This document shows, one piece after another, positions 11,255 to 23,864 of a stretch of DNA of 64,000 nucleotides. Source of the stretch: Leucoraja erinacea (taxonomy: Eukaryota); contig NC_073391.1 in assembly GCF_028641065.1 (NCBI RefSeq), positions 24,490,001 through 24,554,000 on the forward strand, in the 5' to 3' direction. The stretch's first letter is position 1; every line of letters begins with the position of its first letter. The translations under genes were made by a program, and so were the position numbers. A model generated the notes under the pieces. It was not told the DNA's origin and did no database searches. It saw only the letters and a program-made list of their open reading frames with translations.

Positions 11255-13585
11255 ATGGACCAAGGGCAGGGCCGGATTTACGTATAAGCTAGACAAGCTT
11301 AAGCATAGGGCCTCGAGATCTAAGGGGGCCTACTCACCTCTCCGCCCCACCGACCATCCGCCCACTCCAGTGGGCCTCCTACTCTTTGCCCGCTGACCCG
11401 GACTCCACTCCCCCGCCCTCCAGCAGCCCACAGCCATCGCCTTACCTGCAGCCTGGACTCAGCACCGGGTCTGCTTCCACGCTGTTGATTCCCATTCCCC
11501 CGGGTGTGACTGCGCTGGGTCCTAGTGCTAGCCCCCCCCCCCCCCAACCCTGGTAATCTCAGTGGCTGTTTCACTGGGTCTTTCCTATTCCCCTCAAACT
11601 ATGTGACCCCAGCTCTTCCCCACCCACACTACAGTCCTCATACCCCTCTACCCCCTGACCACCCACCACCCCTCCACCAGCCTTGGCCTCAGTCCACTCA
11701 CCTGCCTTCCTCCGGCCCCAACCCCCATCCCTGCCGTGTGTTCACCATCCCCCCTGACCTCCCCCTCTCAGATACCGAACGGTCGGTCCTCAGCAGAGGC
11801 CTCACCTTTGTCCCGCTCCGTCCCCAGCTCAATGGGTTCCGCGCCCGCCGCGATTTGGAGCTATTCATCAGTCGCCTCCACCTCACACCGTTCTTCCATG
11901 GGAAGGAGTCCTCACCCCCATTGATGATCCCTTTTCCCGTCTCCAATGGACCCCCTCCTCTTGGACCCCCCCCCCCCTCCCCCTCATGGCCATTGGTACA
12001 ATGACATTTGGGGGTCACCATCCGACGTCGGAACGGGAGAACATTCTCAGCGGCTTGGACTTCCGAATCGGCCACTTCCTACCGGAGACCGCGGCTCCCG
12101 AAGTCCACAGGCTGAGCTGGGCGGAGATTCACGCTGGCGGGCCCTCGGCAAAGGGTTCCCAGGGCTCCGCGATATTAAAATCAGCGCGGCCCGAGGCTGG
12201 GAGCTCCGCAAACCACAGCTCCATGATGTTGAAGCAGCAGGCCCAACACTCCAGAGCTTCAAATGGCGATCCAGGTAAGGCATCGCCCGCTCCGCGGTGA
12301 ATCCAATATGTATTTTAAAACCAACTGTTTAATGACAACATACAGTAGGATCTAAAAGTGTCACACTGTCAGTGTCGGGGAGTCATGGTCCTCTCATCGT
12401 GGTGGGGGGGGGGGGCTCACAAGTGAAATAGCTTAGGGCCTCTCTTCATCTAAATCCGGCCCTGATCAAGGGGAACCCATTGGGTCCTGTTCCCTCAACG
12501 CGCGCGGTTGCTGGAGGGGGGGGGGGGGGGGCTTCGGCGTCACACACACACTAACCCCCCTCTTGACCCTTGTATTATCTGCATTACTATTATTCATTCG
12601 CTCCTTTTTACCCCACTCCCCGCCCTATCCAATCACGCATAACCCCAACTGCGCAGGCATGGCTAGAGAGGGGCGGTGGAGAGGGGGGGGGGGGGGTAGA
12701 GATTGAATGAGTGGGGGGGTTGCGGCATCACATGGGGAGGGCTGGTTCCCGAACACAATACTTCACCACTCACCCATACGTCCCAATGTTCACCACTCCC
12801 TAGAGAGGGGGGGGGGGGGGGGGGGGCAGGGCAGAGAGGGAGGGAGGGGCAGAAAGGAAGATGGGGGTGCAGAGAGGAAGGGGAGACAGAGAGGGAGGGG
12901 GGAGAGAGGGAGGGGGGGGGGGGGGGGGGGGAAGAGGGAGGGTCCCCTCCCCTCCCCCCCCCTCTCCTCAAACTCCTCAATCTCCCCTCTCCTCCCCCTC
13001 CTCTCCTCCTCTTCTCCCCCTCTGCTCCCCCCTGCTCCCCCCCTGCTCCCCCCTCTTCCCCCCCCTCTCCTCCTCCCCTCTCCACTTTTCCACTGTGCTT
13101 GTCTGCGGCCGCGCTGCAAAAACGACCACCGCAGCCATGTTGTAGAACTTGAAGGTGCCCAGCGGAGCGCTCAGCACGACTTGATCACTTGTCGTGGTGC
13201 TTAAATCCAGAGCCCGGGGGGGGGGGGGGGGCAGGGCAGCCGGGTCAGGTAACTGGCACCTCGGGGAAAACAGGGGGGCTGTGCGTTGAAAATTCAGCGC
13301 AGCTGGCCGTGAGGAGCAGAGGCATTGTGACATCATCCAGCTCGCTTCAGCTTGTTAGATTTTAAAAAGATGTCATATTGATGAACAATTTGATTTAAAA
13401 AATTCGGGAAATAATGAATACATTTTTCAGATGAGGGTTTTTTAAATCATGAGGTAAATCTCTACCGGAATATGTAAAAATGTCACCGTTACCACGTTGG
13501 GTTTTCGGGGAGATGTGAATCAAAGAAAAAGTTCAATCAAGCAAACACACAAGTAAACATCCAAGATCATAGTTTTATAATATAA
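11255..13585 (-). mobile_element. Non-autonomous Helitron A (3' end split by the hAT element)
   Basis: Removing the hAT and one TSD restores ggaccaaggggaacccattgggtcc, homologous to the hairpin end at 22170. The other end, agttttataatata, is the reverse complement of the family 5' end. Confidence 0.7.
11267..12464. mobile_element. Non-autonomous hAT element
   Basis: Perfect 14-bp TIR CAGGGCCGGATTTA and 8-bp TSD ACCAAGGG/ATCAAGGG (one mismatch). The internal segment ~11700-11960 encodes a Penelope-like N-terminal peptide. Confidence 0.9.
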
Positions 13586-13694
13586 CTAGACCATTGGGTC
13601 AGTTCCCCCAACGTGGGGTTGAGACGGCGGGGTGGCATGTAGCGTCACACATTAATCAACCCCCCACACCACTAACTACCCTCCCCCCCCGCGC

Positions 13695-14203
13695 ACACAC
13701 ACAGCCCGACTCGGGGCTGGGGCAGTGTTCCGGCGGCGGCGACCCGACTTCGGAGGTTCGGCTGCGGGCTCAGGGGACCTCATCGTCAGGAGGTCACATG
13801 GTCACAGGTTGAAGACCTGTTTTTCCGGAGCTCCTGCAGCAACAGCTTCATCCGCTGGAGGGTGGCAGCATCGGCAGCTTCGACCACCTCGGGCCACGGA
13901 ATTTGAACCAGCCCGTTCGCGGAGCACGGTTGAGCCGCGGGACTTACTTATCATCACCCGGTGGGGTCACAACATCGGAGGCCTGGATCGCCTCAGCGCA
14001 GAGGGAGAACAAGGAGGGAAGAGACAAAGACATAAAACTTTTGCCTTCCATCACAGAGAGGAGGAACTCACTGTGGTGGATGTTAAATTTGTGTTTGTTG
14101 TGTGTTTTGTTATTTTATTATATGTATGACTGCAAGGCAACAACATTTCGTTCAGACCTAAAGGTGTGAATGGCAAATAAAGGATACTTTGACTTTGACT
14201 TTT
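13695..14203 (+). mobile_element. GC-rich non-LTR retroelement 3' fragment inserted in Helitron B
   Basis: Ends aaataaaggata(ctttga)n. Helitron homology resumes immediately after it. Confidence 0.5.
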
Positions 14204-14328
14204 TAACTACCCCCCTTGTTAATATATTAATATTATTAATTTGCTCCTTTAACCCCATAATCGGCCTATCTACTGAAGCATAGCCCCCAACTCGCAGGCG
14301 CATCTAGAGAGGGAGGGGAAGGGGGGGG

Positions 14329-14579
14329 NNNNNNNNNNNNNNNNNNNNNNNNNNNNNNNNNNNNNNNNNNNNNNNNNNNNNNNNNNNNNNNNNNNNNNNN
14401 NNNNNNNNNNNNNNNNNNNNNNNNNNNNNNNNNNNNNNNNNNNNNNNNNNNNNNNNNNNNNNNNNNNNNNNNNNNNNNNNNNNNNNNNNNNNNNNNNNNN
14501 NNNNNNNNNNNNNNNNNNNNNNNNNNNNNNNNNNNNNNNNNNNNNNNNNNNNNNNNNNNNNNNNNNNNNNNNNNNNNNN
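14329..14579. other. Assembly gap (others at 18427-18619, 18741-18904 and 44606-44777)
   Basis: Runs of N. Confidence 1.
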
Positions 14580-15582
14580 AAGCAGGAGGGAGAGAGGGGT
14601 GGGAAAGAGAGAGGGGTGGGAACAGGGAGGGGGGAACAGGGAGGGAGGACAGGGAGGTGGGGAACAGCCTCGCGGAGCCGGTGGAGGCGTATGGGGTTGT
14701 GGGGGGCTGGTACCGACATCGTGCGGGGCTACAAAAATCTTGCACTGTCCAAAAATCCCGCGCGCCAATGGCCTGTCGGCCCGCAGGCGCATTGAGGGTG
14801 TACTCAGCGTCTTGACGGGCATACGCAGCGTCTTGATATCGTACGCCTGGCGCTTGGTGTTGCGCAATTACATCACAGCCCGGCGTCCCACTGAGTGATG
14901 ACGTCACCGCCCGACGCCGTGCGACATCCAAATTCAGCCGGCCTGCCTCCTGCCCAGCTGATTGGTGAGTATGATGTCGGAACCAGCCCCGCATGACTCC
15001 ATACGCCTCCGTGGTTCGAAGTGGGACCGGGCTGCCAAATGAAGAGAGAGAGAGAAGCTGCTTGGATTGGTCGGCCTGTGGGCATTGTGACATCAGCAGC
15101 TGGTAAGAGCCATTTAGATCTTAAAAATTGAGCTTTGTTTGAGTTTTGTGATCAATTTTACTTAAAATCTGGAGAAATAATTGACCAAGGAGTGGGAAAG
15201 TAAGATCGCTAGCGAAATGATACAAATCTCGGCGTTTTCGTGTCTGGTTTTCGCGTAGTAACGAATCAAAGGCAAAATGCCGTACACCCCCACACACACA
15301 GAGTTTTAAAAATATATAGATAGATAAGATAATCTTGAATTCACTGAGTTAAAGAGTGGTGGGAGCAGACTCAATTGGTGCTACTGAAAGAGACTTGAAT
15401 AGATAATTGTAGTCATAGAAGCATGCAGTACAGAAACAGGTACTTCCACTCATCATTTCCATGCCATCAGCTAAATATGTCTCTATACTAATATCCATTA
15501 CCTGACTAGGTTTGAAACCTACCACGTCTTGGCATTTCAAGACGCCAGACAGTGACTGTGACAAGATTTCAGGCAGTGTGTA

Positions 15583-15613
15583 CTGAAGAAAGGTCTTGAC
15601 CCGAAACATCACC
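15583..15613 (+). ncRNA. Minimal hammerhead ribozyme-like core in a Penelope pLTR copy
   Basis: CTGAAGA-A-AGG-TCTTGA-CCC-GAAA-C-ATC-ACC. The CUGANGA and GAAA boxes are intact; stem II/III are slightly mutated relative to the consensus of the copies. Confidence 0.55.
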
Positions 15614-16208
15614 CATTCCTTCTTTCCAGAGATGCTGCCTCTTCTGCTGAGTTACGCCAGCATTTTATGTCTATCTGTGGCAATTCAAGTGTTCCCCCTG
15701 ATGCTTGTTATTGTCGGAGCACCTGTCTCGGGCAGTATGTTTCAGATTGCAACCTCCCACTGGGTGGAAAACCATTCTCACTCAAGTCCCCTCTAAATGT
15801 CCTTAGTGGTCCTTAGTCCTCATCTCATACCTGGGCCCTTTGCTCTTGCTCACCTAGTCAATTGGAGAAACAATTGCAGGGTAACAGAGATTGAATAAAG
15901 GCTTCTGCAGAGAGCAGGCTGGACCTCATCACCTCATCCTGAGTGATAAAGATTTTATGATTCTACCATTTTATGATTCATTGAATTTTAATCTAAAGTG
16001 GCTTTGCCCAGAAGTATTCAGATCCATTGACAAAATATGTTTCTGCTTTAACAATGTCACGACAAATCAGGCAGACAAAATCAAAAGGTAGACTCAAAAT
16101 GCTAGAGTAACTCAGTGTAGTCAGGCAGCATCTCTACAGAACATGGATAGGTGACGTGAGAACACTGTCTTGAGTGTGCCAATGTGAGTACTGATATGTA
16201 ACAATTAA

Positions 16209-16258
16209 TTTAGTTTAATTTAGTTTAGCTCAGTTTAGTTTAGTTTAGTTTAGTTTAG

Positions 16259-16286
<28 letters not shown>
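16209..16286. repeat. (TTTAG)n microsatellite, retroelement tail
   Basis: Pentamer run directly joined to tttattgtcacgtgtaccaaggtacagtgaaaag. Confidence 0.9.
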
Positions 16287-16290
<4 letters not shown>

Positions 16291-16699
16291 TCACGTGTAC
16301 CAAGGTACAGTGAAAAGATTGTTGGTGTGTATTATCCAGTCAGTGGAAAGATTATACATGATTACAATCAAGCCGTCCACAGTGTACAGATATAACAAAA
16401 AATGATTTTGGTTTCTGATATATATCTTACTTCTTGGTTTCATATTTAGGGAACACTCATACATTCACATTGCTATTGAAAATGGCCACAGTTTCACGCT
16501 GGCACTAATTTTAGAGTGCACCTCAGGTGTCAAAGCTAGAAATGAAACTGAACCTTAAACCAATAGTTTAACCACGGGCTGATGGGAAAGTCCATCCAAG
16601 TAGGTTATGTTATTAATAGCACCATCTTGTGAAAATATTTAAAGTCTCATTCTATGTTTAAAAACCCACCTGTGAAATAGTGATGGAAAGTAGAAATTA

Positions 16700-17218
16700 T
16701 TTTATTAGGATTCATCACTGCATGGTTTGGGCACAGATCCATCCAAGCCTGCAAGAAATTGCAGAGAATCGTGGATGCAGCCCAAACCACCACATAAACC
16801 AACCTCCTTTCCACTGACTACAATTCACGCTGCCTTGGCAAGGCCACCAGCATAATCAAGGACCAGTCTCACCCCAGTCTCTCTTTTCTCCTCTCTCATC
16901 AAACAAGAGGTGCTGAAGTTTGAAAACGCATACCTCCAGATTCAGAGACAGTGTCTTCCCAGCTGTTATCAGGCAACTGAACCATCCTCTCATCAGCTAG
17001 AGTAACTCCCATCTACCTGATTTGAGATCTTTGAACTATCTTTAATTGTACTTTATCAGACTTTATCTTGCACTAAATGCTGTGCCCTTTATCCTTTATC
17101 TATACACTATGGACGGCTTGGTTGTAATCATGTATGGTCTTTCTTTGACTGGATAGCATGCAAGAAAAGCTTTTTACTGTACCTTGGTACATGTGACAAT
17201 AATTAACTAAACTAAACT
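16700..17218 (+). mobile_element. Rex/Babar-like LINE 3' end
   Basis: Decayed CITAWFG...KKLQRIVDAAQ...RFRDSVFPAVIRQLN, and tail gtgacaataatt(aacta)n. Confidence 0.75.
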
Positions 17219-17855
17219 GAGAAAGAATTTAGTGCCTTCACCTTTCAGCTGAGGAACTGCTTTATCCTCCTGTAGTTTAGGAAGGTCGATAGCCACTTTG
17301 CCTGCAGCGTGTGATGCAATGTGACTGTACTGGGCTTCAACTTGTCGGGAGAAGTTGACAGTTCTGTGCAAAGTGCCTTCACTCCTCCACATTAGTGTCA
17401 CACGGTCTGGGATTCCTTCACTAATTGATGAGTCCTGATCTTGCCCTCCACTTCACCGTGAGGCTTTCCCGACAGCGTTGTGACATTAGATGCCTCATGG
17501 AGCGTGAACTTGCTGCGATTCTCCAGTGCTTTGTCTGATTAGATTTGGCACAGGAACAGCAAGCCCATGCAGTCAATGGAGAGGCTCTGTAGGACCAGAA
17601 CAAATACTTACATTTTCAGATTAATTCTTTGAATGTTATTAATTGCTTTTGAGAGTATTTTTTTCATTTTGCCATTTTTGTGCACTAAACCGCAAAACCA
17701 GACACAGATTAATTACCTAGATCAATTATCCGGCACATATTTTCACTCGTTCCACTTTCATTCTCCTCATATTCCCATAAAACTTCATTAATCTGGCACC
17801 TTTGGGACTTTGGTGGTGACAGAATAGCAGATTTTCCAGCGTCTTCTGAATGTTA

Positions 17856-18965
17856 TCTATATAATATTAAAACTCTGTGTGTGTCTGGCCGGCTGGCTGT
17901 GTGTGTTTCTGACTTGTGGCTGCCAGCCTTTGATTCGTTGCTACGCCAACACCCGACCCACAAACGCCCTGATTTTTTCCATTTCGGTAGAGATTTCACT
18001 TTTCATTCCAAGTATCCACACCGGAGGCCACCGGCTTGCTTCTTAGACCACTCCGTTTCCCCCACCCGATGGTAGAACATGGCAGCAGCAGTTATTGTCG
18101 CGCAGGGCATTACTCCCTCTGGGAAACCTGAAATTCCTCCGTTGATCACAGGGACACGGGGAATCGTCATGCAAGAGCTGCCGAGGCTCTCCACACCGCC
18201 CAAAGTCAGCCCCGACCAAGCCGTCCGCTCACCGAGTTCAGGTCCGCCCTCTCCCTCTCTCTCCCCCATCCTCTCCCCATCCTCCTTCCCTCTCCTCCCT
18301 ACCTCCCTCCCGCTGCAAACCCAACGTGCTGCCAGTCGCGCCTCTCGCAAGTCCTTTGATAAAAACCATGCGACCCCCCCCTCTCTCTCTCCTCCTCTCT
18401 CTATCTCTCTCTCTCCCCCCTCCTCTNNNNNNNNNNNNNNNNNNNNNNNNNNNNNNNNNNNNNNNNNNNNNNNNNNNNNNNNNNNNNNNNNNNNNNNNNN
18501 NNNNNNNNNNNNNNNNNNNNNNNNNNNNNNNNNNNNNNNNNNNNNNNNNNNNNNNNNNNNNNNNNNNNNNNNNNNNNNNNNNNNNNNNNNNNNNNNNNNN
18601 NNNNNNNNNNNNNNNNNNNCTCCCCTCTCTCCCCCCCCCCCCCCCCCTCTCCTCCTCCCCCCCCCCCCTCCCCCTCCCCCTCTTCCGCTCCCTCTCCCTC
18701 ACCCTCCCTCCCCCACCCTGTCCCCCATTTCCCCTCCCTCNNNNNNNNNNNNNNNNNNNNNNNNNNNNNNNNNNNNNNNNNNNNNNNNNNNNNNNNNNNN
18801 NNNNNNNNNNNNNNNNNNNNNNNNNNNNNNNNNNNNNNNNNNNNNNNNNNNNNNNNNNNNNNNNNNNNNNNNNNNNNNNNNNNNNNNNNNNNNNNNNNNN
18901 NNNNTCTCCCCCCTTCCTCATCCCACCCCCCCCCCCCCCCCTGCCCTCCCCCACCCTCCCTCCCC
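17856..18965 (+). mobile_element. Non-autonomous Helitron C (5' part; 3' end lost in gaps and C-rich tract)
   Basis: Starts A|TCTATATAATATTAAAACTCT, the same 5' signature as the other Helitrons here. Confidence 0.6.
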
Positions 18966-19676
18966 TAAACCAAGGAGATTCTGATTTGCTTTCTCAGCAA
19001 CAGACCCATTCAATGGCAAGGAAAAGTCTATTTGGCTGCAAAATTATATTGTCCAGTAAAACTATGCCGGGAATGTGAAAAAATGCTAATCTATGCAATA
19101 ATTGGTCAGGTTTAGCGAGACTGCCATGCTGAGTTACTTGAAATCGGGCACAATTATGTGTGATCAGCTCAGGAGATCACAAGCTACAATAAATAGCATC
19201 AAATGTTCAAAGGTTAGTAGATCTAATCCCTGTGCCAATGTGGTTGGAACCCTGCCAAGAGACAAAACATCACTGTAAATTATCCTCTCTGGATAATTTG
19301 GCTAATATGTAATCCAGATAGATTCAGTATTTTAATTCCAAACTCAGGAAGCTATGACAGTTCTGTGAATCTTTCTATTTCCTGCACCTCGTTAAAGCCT
19401 TTTCTTTAGCAGTTTCTAGTGTTATTTTTTGCCTGTATTGTAAACAGTGTTACATTGTGGACCCTGTCGTGCTAGAGTATAGAATGAGACTGCATTCATG
19501 TAGGAAACATATAGCCTGCAGAATAGAAACCTTCAACTGATTCATTAGACTGGATTTAGAACTACACATGTTGGAAATCTGATATAAAAACAGAGAATGC
19601 TGGCAATATTCAGAAGGGTCAGACAACGTCTGTGAAAAGAGGAGCATTTCATATCAATGAATTGCTCTGATAAAAT

Positions 19677-19965
19677 GTTTAGTTTGGTTTAGAGATACAG
19701 CAAAGAAACAGGCCCTTCGGCCCGGTAAGTCCACCCTGACCAGTGATCACCTGTACATTAATTATATCCTGCACACAAGGGATAATTCACAGAAGCCAAT
19801 TAATCTACAAACCCGCACTTCTTTGGAGTGGGAGGAAACTGGAGCACCCGGAGAAAACCCACAGGAAAAACATGCAAACTCCACACAGACAGCACCCGTA
19901 GTCAGGATCAAACACGGGTCTCTGGTGCTGTGAGGCAGCAACTCTACCGCTGCACCACTGTGCCG
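19677..19965 (-). mobile_element. V-SINE (HE1-like)
   Basis: Reverse complement of the 9861-10160 family. Confidence 0.88.
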
Positions 19966-20095
19966 TGAAATGATTTCAACCTGAAACATTAACCCTATTT
20001 CTCTCTACTGCCTGATCTTCCATATATTCCTAGCATTCTCCAATGTTTATCCCTCAGAAAAGAAGGCAATTTGCCTACTCTGTATCGGTTTTCCC

Positions 20096-21332
20096 CCATA
20101 TAACCATATAACCATATAACAATTACAGCACGGAAACAGGCCATCTCGACCCTTCTAGTCTGTGCCGAACACATAATCTCCCCTAGTCCCATATACCTGC
20201 GCTCAGACCATAACCCTCCATTCCCTTCCCATCCTTATAACTATCCAATTTATTTATAAATGATAAAAACAAACCTGCCTCCGCCACCTTCACTGGAAGC
20301 TCATTCCACACAGCTACCACTCTCTGAGTAAAGAAGTCCCCCCTCATGTTACCCCCTAAACTTCAGTCCCTTAATTCTCATGTCATGTCCCCTTGTTTGA
20401 ATCTTCCCTACTCTCAGTGGGAAAAGCTTTTCCACGTCAACTCTGTCTATCCCTCTCATCATTTTAAAAACCTCTATTAAGTCCCCCCTTAACCTTCTGC
20501 GCTCCAAAGAATAAAGCCCTAACTTGTTCAACCTTTCTCTGTAGCTTAGTTGCTGAAATCCAGGCAACATTCTAGTAAATCTCCTCTGTACTCTCTCTAT
20601 TTTGTTGACATCCTTCCTATAATTAGGCGACCAAAATTGTACACCATACTCCAGAATTGGCCTCACCAATGCCTTGTACAATTTTAACGTTACATCCCAA
20701 CTGCTATACTCAATGCTCTGATTTATAAAGGCCAGCAAACCAAAAGCTTTCTTTACCACCCTATCTACATGAGATTCCACTTTCAGGGAACTGTGCACAG
20801 TTATTCCCAGATCCCTCTGTTCACCTACATTCTTCAATTCCCTACCATTTACCATGTACGTCCTATTTTGATTTGTCCTGCCAAGATGTAGCACCTCACA
20901 CTTATCAGCATTAAACTCCATCTGCCATCTTTCAGCCCACTCTTCCAACTGGCATAAATCTCTCTGTAGACTTTGAAACTCTACTTCATTACCCGCAACC
21001 CCACCTATCTTAGTATCATCTGCATACTTACTAATCCAATTTACCACACCATCATCCAGATCATTGATGTACATGACAAACAACAGTGGACCCAACACAG
21101 ATCCCTGTGGCACCCCACTCGTCACTGGCCTCCAACCTGACAAACAACCATCCACCATTACTCTCTGGCATCTCCCATTCAGCCACTGTTGAATCCATCT
21201 TGCTACTCCACCATTAATACCCAACCATTGAACCTTCTTAACCAACCTTCCATGAGGAACCTTGTCAAAGGCCTTACTGAAGTCCATATACACAACATCC
21301 ACTGCTTTACCCTCATCAATTTCCCGAGTAAC
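20096..21332 (-). mobile_element. 5'-truncated CR1 LINE with uninterrupted RT C-terminal ORF (20349-21302)
   Basis: [44 protein letters not shown], and a (TATATGGT)n tail. Confidence 0.95.
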
Positions 21333-22090
21333 AATTTCCCAATGACAAATATTCCTGGATATTCCATATTGGTTTATGAAGAAATGAGAAATTCATAAAA
21401 CATGAAACAGTACAGCACAGGAACAGACCATCTTGCCCACAATGCCCGTGCAGAACATGATGGCAACATAAACTCTCATCTGCTGGCACATAATCCATGT
21501 CTCCCCTTTCCCTGCATATCCATGTGCCTATCTGAAAGGCACTTAATTCACATTATCACCTAACATTTAAATGGGCGAAACTGAAATTTTCTCAAAACCG
21601 TTCAAGGTAAAGACAATAACATAACCCACTGAAAGTTACTGTATATAACTGAGTTTTCTGATATGTTCTTCCCATAGGAGGACTATTTGCTCACGCAGAT
21701 CAGACTACAAATTAAAAGTAAACAGCTTGCCTGAGGTCTCAAGATAAAAATATACTGTTTGAGCCAACATTTGTCAGTGATGTTTTCAGCTGGAAATGAC
21801 AATAGAATCTTTGATGCAAATAATCAAAACATTTATGTTGATTCCATTTTTCTATATCTTGCTTTCTCATTTTCACTCATTTCCATTCAATTGCTTTTCA
21901 ATGTCTTTACTATGCATGTTGACTTAAAGGTTAAAAATCTTAAGCACTTTTGTTTTCAATCTTAAACTTCATTTATTTACTTTATTCCCCAGACTGATAT
22001 TTTAAAACCAATTATTTCAGAGCAGTGACAGTGTCTGCATTCATTTATTTGAAACCTGCTCCCTTCTTTATTGGTCATGAAATATGGGTC

Positions 22091-22110
22091 TGCAGCGACA
22101 TCTAGTGGAA
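22091..22110 (-). promoter_or_regulatory. CTCF-like motif
   Basis: TTCCACTAGATGTCGCTGCA closely matches the CCASYAGRKGGCRC core and lies in non-repeat sequence. Motif match only. Confidence 0.5.
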
Positions 22111-22169
22111 GGGTTATATAAATGTATTTGGCCCTAAATAAATCAACCAAAGTGAATTATTAAGGTAGA

Positions 22170-23253
22170 CTAGACCAAGTGGGACCTGTTGGGTCCCATA
22201 CCCCAAATGCAATATTCCATCACTCTCCCATAGCCCCCAACTGCGCAGGCGCGGCTGATGGGTTCCCGTCGTGACGCCAGAGATCCCCATTGTGACGCGA
22301 GTCACGTCAACTCTCCCCCAACTGCGCCTCGCCATCCCTCTCCCTACCCCTATCCTCCTCTATTTCCCTTCTCCCCAGCCCTCCCCTCCCCTTCACCATC
22401 CCTCTTCTTTCCCTCCTCCTCCTCCCCTGCCCCACTCACTCTCTCACCTCTCCCTCCCTCTTCTTTTCCCTATCCATAGTCACTCCCTCCCTCCATAAAC
22501 CCTCTCTCCTCCCTACCCCCCTCCTCTCCCTCTATCTCCCTGCTCCCCCATTCCTCACCTCCCCCCTATCCCACTCCCCCACTCTCCATCCTCACTTCCC
22601 CCACTGCTCTCCTCTCCCTCTATTCCTCACTCCTCCCCTTTCCCTCCTCACCTCCCCACTCCCATCTCCTCTCCCTCTATCCCCCCTCCTCCCCATTGCC
22701 TTCCTCTCCTTCTACCTCCACTCCCTACCTCCCCACTCACCCCCCTCCTTACCCTCTACCCCCCTCCCCCCCCCACCCTCCCTCCTCACCTCCCCACTTT
22801 AAATGAACCCCCCCCCCTCCCCCTCCACAATGAAAATCTCAATATTTCTTTTTGTGGAAATCTCAATAAAAATCGCATTTTTTCTTTAAAATAACCTAAA
22901 CAATGTTAGCTGTTAATGAAAATTTGATGAAAACTGATTTTATTTTTTTAAATCATGATTTTTTAATGTAAATGAGATTTGGGATCTCATTGTGAAGTCA
23001 TTGTGATGTCAAACGTTGCTGATGCGCAAGGCAAGTGATAGTGTTTTTTGTAAAGTTTAAAATGTCAATAACGTAAAATATAGCATAAATCCGAACAAAC
23101 TTATTTTTTTTACATCCCCGGACAATGGTGAGTAAGGTGGGCCAACAATTGTAGCGCTATCGTGTACCATTTTGATGGGGTTTTGGAATATCACTCACAC
23201 GCGCGCACGCATACATACAAACAAACAAGATGAGAGTTTTGGTAATATATAGA
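22170..23253 (-). mobile_element. Complete non-autonomous Helitron D
   Basis: Minus strand: 5' end A|TCTATATATTACCAAAACTCTC, subterminal hairpin GGGACC-CAACA-GGTCCC, 3' end CTAG|T. Inserted between A and T with no TSD. Confidence 0.88.
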
Positions 23254-23567
23254 TATTATGATATTATGTCTTGCCACCACTATATAGTGGGGTTAATGCC
23301 ATCAACTGGCAAAGAGCTTCTAGCCATATGGATTTGAATTTATGCAGTAATTTTTAACCATTAAACTTCGCAGGATAAACCTGTTAGCTGGTGTTGATAC
23401 ACAGAGAAGGTGTGTGCCTGACTGCTCCAAGCAGGGTCTACACAAGTTGTGTAATATCCTCAGTAATGTGTAACTTGTGCTTTTGTGTGTTGTCTGTTTC
23501 TATGCGATGCTGCAGCTAGCGACATGTTCATTATACTTCTACCTCACTGTACTTGGGTACATGACAA

Positions 23568-23864
23568 GGCACCACCGTAACGCAGCAGTAGAGTTGTTGC
23601 CTGACAGTGCAGAAACCCTTGTTCAATCCTGACTATGGGTGCCATCTGTACGGGAATTTACACGTTCTCCCTGTGACTGCGTGGGTTTTCTCCAGGAGCT
23701 CCAGTTTCCTCCCACGTTCCAAAGACATCCAGGTTTGTAGGTTCATTGGCTTAGGTAAGAATTGTAAATGGTCCCTAGTGTGTAGGATAGTGCTAGTGTA
23801 CGGGGATCACTGGTCAGTGCTGACCTGCTGGGCTGAGGGGCCTGTTTCCAATCTGTATCTCTAA
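23568..23864 (+). mobile_element. V-SINE (HE1-like)
   Basis: Same head, V-domain and tail as 9861. Confidence 0.85.

Larger units (their letters stand above)
13586..15320 (-). mobile_element. Non-autonomous Helitron B (abuts Helitron A; contains an insertion and an N gap)
   Basis: Minus-strand 5' end A|TCTATATATTTTTAAAACTC at 15320 and 3' end CTAG|T at 13586. Shares the cccaact(g)cgcaggc and cattgtgacatca blocks with Helitron A. Confidence 0.78.

Noticed and set aside
12663-13336. Long Pro/Gly-rich ORFs on both strands
   Set aside because: Artefacts of G/C low-complexity tracts within Helitron A.
16209-16286. (TTTAG)n as a telomere-like or CRISPR-like array
   Set aside because: It is a simple retroelement tail. 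It is not TTAGGG and has no spacers.
14266-19078. ORFs of 150-300 aa containing X runs
   Set aside because: They span N gaps and low-complexity DNA.
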